This document shows positions 58,895-64,000 of a stretch of 64,000 nt of DNA, one piece after another (position 1 is the stretch's first letter; each line of letters opens with the position of its first letter). Under the pieces are notes generated by a model. That model saw nothing but the letters and a program-made list of their open reading frames with translations. It made no database searches and had not been told where the DNA came from. A program made the translations under genes and the position numbers. Location of the stretch: assembly GCA_029974275.1 (NCBI GenBank), contig JARKSN010000030.1, positions 1-64,000 on the forward strand. The letters are read 5' to 3'. This DNA is from Candidatus Hydrogenedentota bacterium (GTDB lineage: Bacteria > Hydrogenedentota > Hydrogenedentia > Hydrogenedentales > SLHB01).

Positions 58895-60136
58895 ATGTCC
58901 AAGTTCGCCTATAGGGCCATGAACAAGGATGGCCGGGAAGTGTTCGGCATCATCGACGCCGAGAATCAGGCCCTTGCCATCAACGATGTGCGCAACTTGG
59001 GGCTGTTTCCGACCCAGGTGCGTCAGGCGAGCAAAGCCGATGAGCGGCGCGCGCGCGGCAAGAAAAAGGGGGGGCTGAGCGAGCTGTATTTTGGCGGCGT
59101 CACCACCAAGCAACAGGTGGTCATGACGCGCCAGTTGGCGACGTTGATCGACGCGGGCCTGCCGTTGCTGCGCAGCCTCAACGTGCTCATCGCGCAGCAA
59201 AAACCCTGTAAGCTCCGCGATATTCTTACGGAGGTTTCTTCGGACATTCAGTCGGGATCGACGTTCTCGGAGGCGTTGGCGAAGCATCCGAAGGAGTTCG
59301 ACCGGTTGTACGTCAACATGGTGCGCGCGGGCGAAGTGGGCGGCATGCTCGAGGAAGTGCTGAACCGTCTGGCGATTTTCATGGAGCGCCGGCAGGCCCT
59401 GCGCCGCAAGGTCAAGGGGGCGATGGTATATCCCGTTGCGGTCATCATCATCGCGGCGGGCATTGTGTTGTTTCTGTTGCGTTTCGTCGTGCCGCAGTTC
59501 GTGGTGATTTTCTCCGATTTCAAGGCCAAACTGCCGTGGATGACGACGTTTTTGATGGCTTGCGGCGATTTCGTGACCTACAAATGGTGGCTCATGAATG
59601 TGTATGTGAGCGGTTTCGTGATATTTTGGAAGATCATCGCCAAGGTGCCGTTGACCAAGCGCATTTATGATCGCGTGGTGTTGAAATTGGGGCCGATTGG
59701 CGATCTCGTCACCAAGGTGGCGGTGGCCCGGTTTGCGCGCACGCTGGGCACCCTGATCACGTCGGGCGTGCCGATTTTGCAATCGCTCAAAATCACCAAG
59801 GAAACCATCGGCAACGAGGTCATCGAGAACGCCATCCAGAAGGTGCATGACAGCATCAAGGAGGGCGACACCATCGCGGCTCCGTTGGATGAGGCCAAGG
59901 TGTTTCCCGCGATGGTCGTGAACATGATCGACGTCGGCGAGGAGACGGGCAGTCTGGACTCGATGCTGATGAAGATTGCGGACATTTACGACGCGGAGGT
60001 GGAGGCGGCGGTCGAGGCGTTGCTTCGATTGCTCGAGCCGGCGCTGATCATCGTGCTGGGGTTCATCATCGGATTCATTGTCATCGCGCTGTATTTGCCG
60101 ATATTCGCGCTCGCCGACAGTCTCAGCGAAGGCTAG
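58895..60136 (+). CDS. pilC: PilC/GspF inner-membrane platform protein
   Basis: RQLATLIDAGLPL, AGEVGG.L, GEETGSLD, LLEP, LYLPIF. Confidence 0.95.
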   Translation: MSKFAYRAMNKDGREVFGIIDAENQALAINDVRNLGLFPTQVRQASKADERRARGKKKGGLSELYFGGVTTKQQVVMTRQLATLIDAGLPLLRSLNVLIAQQKPCKLRDILTEVSSDIQSGSTFSEALAKHPKEFDRLYVNMVRAGEVGGMLEEVLNRLAIFMERRQALRRKVKGAMVYPVAVIIIAAGIVLFLLRFVVPQFVVIFSDFKAKLPWMTTFLMACGDFVTYKWWLMNVYVSGFVIFWKIIAKVPLTKRIYDRVVLKLGPIGDLVTKVAVARFARTLGTLITSGVPILQSLKITKETIGNEVIENAIQKVHDSIKEGDTIAAPLDEAKVFPAMVVNMIDVGEETGSLDSMLMKIADIYDAEVEAAVEALLRLLEPALIIVLGFIIGFIVIALYLPIFALADSLSEG

Positions 60137-60220
60137 GGCGACAAACGGGACAATCCGGGCCGCGTGGCGGTCCGTGGGGAAGGAATCGAAACGGGTGGCC
60201 GTTTTCGAAGGAGGTCAGAC

Positions 60221-60952
60221 ATGAAGCGCAGTGGTTTTACCCTCATCGAACTGCTGGTGGTCATTGCCATCATCAGCATCCTGGCGGCCATCGCCGTGCC
60301 CAATATCGCCCGGTACATCGCCAAAGCCCAAATGGCCAAGGCCGTCTCCGAAATAAGCAGCATCGAGTTGTCCCTCACCAAGATGCTGGCGGATTCGGGG
60401 AAAAAGGATTTCAGCCAATTTTTCACGAGCATTCCGAGCGCAAACGTGGCGGAAGCCCTTGAAATCTACAAAGATTGGTTTTACAAGCTTTTGCGGGTCG
60501 GCCGGGCCGCCATCAACGATAATGTTCCTTTGCGATCGGAAGTGGTCGCCCGGCTTGGCGACAGCTACCTTGATCTCGGCAAGGATCCGTGGGACAACCG
60601 TTACTTCTTCTATCCCGGTCCCTGGAAAGGGCCCATGGCGTTCCGCTCCCATGTTCGTCTTCCCGAAAACGCGGCGGGCGAGCCCCAAGTTTACGTATAC
60701 GACGCCAATCGCAAAGCGGAACGGGATGCCGACGTTCCGGGCAATCCAAGGGCGGACGGGCTCCCTGGCTTTCCGGCGCCTCGTTCGATGAACGTGTACA
60801 TATGGTCTGCGGGCCAGAATTTGGAGAACGATCAGGCGATCATCGAGATGTACGGCGACCCGAACGCACATGATCCTCTTTATAAGGGAGGAGGCGATGA
60901 TATCAACAATTGGGACAACAACGCCGGCTGGTCGGGATTTTATGGAGGCTAG
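60221..60952 (+). CDS. Major type IV pilin/GspG-like pseudopilin
   Basis: MKRSG|FTLIELLVVIAII class III signal; KDPWDNRY and WSAG..GDDINNW resemble GspG; RBS AAGGAGG. Confidence 0.9.
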   Translation: MKRSGFTLIELLVVIAIISILAAIAVPNIARYIAKAQMAKAVSEISSIELSLTKMLADSGKKDFSQFFTSIPSANVAEALEIYKDWFYKLLRVGRAAINDNVPLRSEVVARLGDSYLDLGKDPWDNRYFFYPGPWKGPMAFRSHVRLPENAAGEPQVYVYDANRKAERDADVPGNPRADGLPGFPAPRSMNVYIWSAGQNLENDQAIIEMYGDPNAHDPLYKGGGDDINNWDNNAGWSGFYGG

Positions 60953-61123
60953 TCGGCAGGACTGACGCGGCCGCCGCGCCGTCTGAGCGGCATTCGGACG
61001 CATCCTAGCGGGGACGTGCGGATTGCTTCGGTACGATCGCAACGACGGATGTGCAGCGGATTGCATAGAGGAAATTGTCCGCCACGGATGGCGGATGGCG
61101 CAGAACAAACGGGAGTGGACAAC

Positions 61124-61864
61124 GTGAAGGCGCAACGGCCGTATCGCCTCGGCGGATTCACGCTGATTGAGCTGTTGGTCGCACTGGCGATTGTCGCGAT
61201 CGTGCTGGCGGCCGCCGTGCCGGGATTCGTGCGCCTGGGCGCGTTCGCCCACAACGACGCCGAGCGCGCCGCCCGCGATCTCGCCAACCTGCTAAGCGCC
61301 GCCCGGATGTACGCCGGCACCTTCCACACCGACACGGCCGTCGTGTATGTGCAACGGCAATATCCCGGCGGATCCGTCGTGGGCGCCGTTTCCTGCGCGA
61401 TGGCGCGCCGCGTCACGGACGACGAGGTCCGTCGGTTCAGCGTCGCCACCGACAAGCGCATTTCGTTCGTGTTGACGGGAGGAGGCGATGGCAATTTCCG
61501 GCAAATGCCGGGCGATGCGTGTCTCTTGCAGGAAACGCTTGATTGGGCGAACAAGAATGAGACCGGCGTGCTGCCTGTGGCGTTGTATCGAACGAATGAG
61601 GACGATGCGTTGGAGTTTGTCGATCCGGTTTTGGAATACGCCGGGGATGCAAGATTTCCCGCCCATGTGTTTACGGCGTCGGGCATGTTGCGCACGGATT
61701 CGCCGCGTGCGCGGGTTTCGATAAAGGTGGGGCTCTCGCCCGAGGCTCCGGAGCGGGAGCAGTATCAACTGGGCGCCGATGGCGAGATCGACGCCAACAA
61801 GCCGGTGTACGAGCAGATTGATTTGTACGTGGCGTTGGGCCGTGTGCAGATTGCGGAGCGATAG
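61124..61864 (+). CDS. Minor pilin (GspH/FimT-like)
   Basis: GG|FTLIELLVALAIV, ARMYA, VFTASG, LGRVQI; GGAG RBS before GTG 61124. Confidence 0.82.
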   Translation: MKAQRPYRLGGFTLIELLVALAIVAIVLAAAVPGFVRLGAFAHNDAERAARDLANLLSAARMYAGTFHTDTAVVYVQRQYPGGSVVGAVSCAMARRVTDDEVRRFSVATDKRISFVLTGGGDGNFRQMPGDACLLQETLDWANKNETGVLPVALYRTNEDDALEFVDPVLEYAGDARFPAHVFTASGMLRTDSPRARVSIKVGLSPEAPEREQYQLGADGEIDANKPVYEQIDLYVALGRVQIAER

Positions 61865-62311
61865 ATGAAACGTATGCAACGTGAACAAGGCTTTTCGCTG
61901 CTGGAGACGCTGATCGCGCTGACGCTGTTCGCGGCAGGGGTGATGGCGGTGATGAAGCTATTCCCGATGTCGTTGCGGCAGGCGCAAGGGGCCGCCGAGC
62001 GCACGGTGGCCGCGCAACTCGCCGATTCCAAGTTCGGGACGTTGCGCACGGAGGGCTATGCGCGCGTCGCCCCCAATGCAGGGCGCTACATGCAGGACGC
62101 GGCGAGCGATCTGTCGATTCCTCCTGCGTTGCGTTTCACGATATCGTCGATCGAGCAGGTCGGCGATATCTACGGCATCTACGACGGGTACAGCACGAAG
62201 ATTCAGCGCATGGGCGCATCGGATGGGGCGGGCCTCCATCGGGTCGTGTTCAACGTGAAAATGTACGATGGGCGTTACGAGCGTTTCGTGACGTACTTGG
62301 CCAACCCGTGA
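61865..62311 (+). CDS. Minor pilin (PilV/GspI-like)
   Basis: QG|FSLLETLIAL class III signal; short length. Confidence 0.85.
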   Translation: MKRMQREQGFSLLETLIALTLFAAGVMAVMKLFPMSLRQAQGAAERTVAAQLADSKFGTLRTEGYARVAPNAGRYMQDAASDLSIPPALRFTISSIEQVGDIYGIYDGYSTKIQRMGASDGAGLHRVVFNVKMYDGRYERFVTYLANP

Positions 62312-63819
62312 GAATGGATGGGCGCATGAGGATCGCAACAGGACTGGCGGGCGGCTGTGCGGGCCGGAGCGGATCGGGGCGCCGGCCTGTTTGCGCGCGG
62401 ATCGCCGGGTTCACGCTGGTCGAGTTGATCATCGCCTTGGCGATCACGTCGACCGTGCTCGTGGCTATTGCGGGCGTGTTTGTCGGCAGCATGCGCGCCG
62501 TCCGCAGCGGCTACCAAACCATCGACGCCACGGAGCAGGCCCGCAATGCCGTCAATCTGATCCAAAACGATCTGCAATCGGCCTTCACCGCCCGCCAGTT
62601 CGGCGAGCATTATCATTTTTATGGAACGCCCATCGGCTTCACCTTCATTGGGGTTGCCGCCAAGTTGGGCAAGGTGTCCGTATCCGGGGACAACAACGAC
62701 ACGGGGCTTGCCCGGGTCACGTACGTCGTCTATCTGGGCGATCGCGTCAAGGCGCGCCGTTTTGCGGACACGCCTCCGTTAGCGGAATCATATTTCGCGC
62801 AGGGCATCGTTTCGCGGGAAGACATGACGCGCATCGAGGCGTCGGCTTTCGATACGACGGTTCTTCCGCCTTCCTTGCCGGGGGGGGGCAATGCCGATCC
62901 CGCTTCGCGGCATGTTTTCACGTTTCCGTTGCTGCGCGTCGTGGAGCCTGGGGCGCAGGACCTCGACAATTTTCCGGTGGACTGGGATTTTCTCATGGGC
63001 AACGGCGCGATCGGGGAGTTGCAGCCGCCTTCCGAGTCGGTGAATGTGCGTGCGGAACTCGCCCATGCCGTTGGGGACATCGATTTTTTGCAGCATCTGC
63101 CGTCGTTGAGCCCGGCGCAGCAGCAGCTTTTGGCCGCCAAGAAGCGGGAGATCTGGATTCGCATGCTTGCGGGCGATCCGAGCATGCCCAATCTCTGGGA
63201 TCTCTGGCGTCAGACGTCGGCGCCTCCGCCGCAGTTGTCCTCCAATGTGGGCGACTATATCGTGGCCGTCAACCTGGTCTATCCCGAGTTGGAGGACCCG
63301 ATCGATGGGAGGCCGCAGTATAGCGATTTGATTCGGAATGCGCTGTCCACGCGGTTCCAGTCGATGGCTCCTTGGGGCGGCGAGCGCGATAGGCGTCTTT
63401 TTGCGCCGTTTGATGTAAACGGAAATGGGTTGGAGGACATTGTCGTTCCTGATCCGAACGATCCGGTCAATGGGACGGTTTATCTGGATGATCCCGGGGC
63501 TCCTCCGCCCGACAGGCTCGATGCGTACCACGCGTACGCGCCTTTTGCGTACAACGCGTGGGCGCTGGAGGAGGGCCGGCAGAAACAGACGCCGTATTGG
63601 GGCGCGGAGCCTAACGTTCCGCAGTTGCTCGACAGCGGCGATCCGCGCCAGTACGCGGGTCCTGGGTCGCCGTTGACGCCGCGCATCCCGGACTTGGTGC
63701 GCGTGCGGTTGCGGTTCATTCTGCCGAGTCCGTACATCGGCGCGCCGGATGTGGTGCGGCTGTACACGCGCGCCATCGACATCCCCAGCGGCTATGTCCG
63801 AAAAGTCGAGGGGGGGTGA
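62308..63819 (+). CDS. Large minor pilin (PilW/GspJ-like)
   Basis: AG|FTLVELIIAL, IQNDLQSA, C-terminal PDLVRVRL...IDIP; start uncertain (62308-62326). Confidence 0.82.
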   Translation: MRMDGRMRIATGLAGGCAGRSGSGRRPVCARIAGFTLVELIIALAITSTVLVAIAGVFVGSMRAVRSGYQTIDATEQARNAVNLIQNDLQSAFTARQFGEHYHFYGTPIGFTFIGVAAKLGKVSVSGDNNDTGLARVTYVVYLGDRVKARRFADTPPLAESYFAQGIVSREDMTRIEASAFDTTVLPPSLPGGGNADPASRHVFTFPLLRVVEPGAQDLDNFPVDWDFLMGNGAIGELQPPSESVNVRAELAHAVGDIDFLQHLPSLSPAQQQLLAAKKREIWIRMLAGDPSMPNLWDLWRQTSAPPPQLSSNVGDYIVAVNLVYPELEDPIDGRPQYSDLIRNALSTRFQSMAPWGGERDRRLFAPFDVNGNGLEDIVVPDPNDPVNGTVYLDDPGAPPPDRLDAYHAYAPFAYNAWALEEGRQKQTPYWGAEPNVPQLLDSGDPRQYAGPGSPLTPRIPDLVRVRLRFILPSPYIGAPDVVRLYTRAIDIPSGYVRKVEGG

Positions 63820-63832
63820 TCGTGAGCAAGGA

Positions 63833-63927
63833 GAAGAACAAGACGCAACGGGATGAAAACGCGAAGAGAGACACTGTTGTGGGTCTTGGTTTTTCCTTTG
63901 TGTCCTATGCGTCTTTGTGGTGAATCT
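63833..63927. repeat. Dispersed ~9-nt-periodic repeat, copy 2
   Basis: GAAGAACA..ACGCAACGG 5' part and a 33-nt 3' part shared with the copy at 31069-31176. Confidence 0.7.
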
Positions 63928-63947
63928 TAACTCGTAAGAGGAAATCG

Positions 63948-64000
63948 ATGCGTACAGACGCGCCGGCAAAGATGACGTCCGCACCTGCGCGGCTCTTTCA
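63948..64000 (+). CDS. 5' end of the next gene (possibly PilX/GspK-like by position), partial
   Basis: GAGG RBS then ATG 63948, open to the window end; product inferred from gene order only. Confidence 0.35.
   Translation, partial: MRTDAPAKMTSAPARLF

Noticed and set aside
1..64000. tRNA, rRNA, transposase, integrase, prophage or defence genes
   Set aside because: None recognised by eye; small ncRNAs cannot be excluded without covariance searches.

Overview
High-GC bacterial chromosomal window with about 50 supported CDS and no recognisable rRNA, tRNA, CRISPR array or transposase. The C-terminal 'DVQLVINAAL' dockerin-like repeats and overall gene content suggest Candidatus Hydrogenedentota (inference only). 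In order it contains: (1) the 3' end of an aryl-polyene/flexirubin-type acyl cluster (B12 radical SAM, FabG, LpxL-like acyltransferase, an internally deleted ACP, ketosynthase, CLF-like partner, polysaccharide deacetylase, LolA-like protein); (2) an IclR/sulfatase/FG-GAP block; (3) two divergent UroD/MtaA-like genes sharing one palindromic bidirectional promoter, plus a clan GH-A hydrolase; (4) GT4-WecA-O-antigen-ligase-like genes; (5) aroQ-Xaa-Pro peptidase-efp-accBC-asp23-amaP; (6) araB, an M42 peptidase and a YidR-like gene with REP-like repeats; (7) CIRCE-hrcA-grpE-dnaK-dnaJ; (8) two GT4s and secreted hydrolases; (9) a reduced murC-ftsQ-ftsZ unit; (10) a type IV filament locus with two MshEN-PilB ATPases, PilT, PilC and four pilins. 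The most notable observations are the Ser-x-hydrophobic triplet insert plus altered Walker B in the first PilB, the ACP remnant, the palindromic bidirectional promoter and a dispersed ~9-nt-periodic repeat upstream of start codons. All protein calls are from motif recognition by eye; no database search was run.
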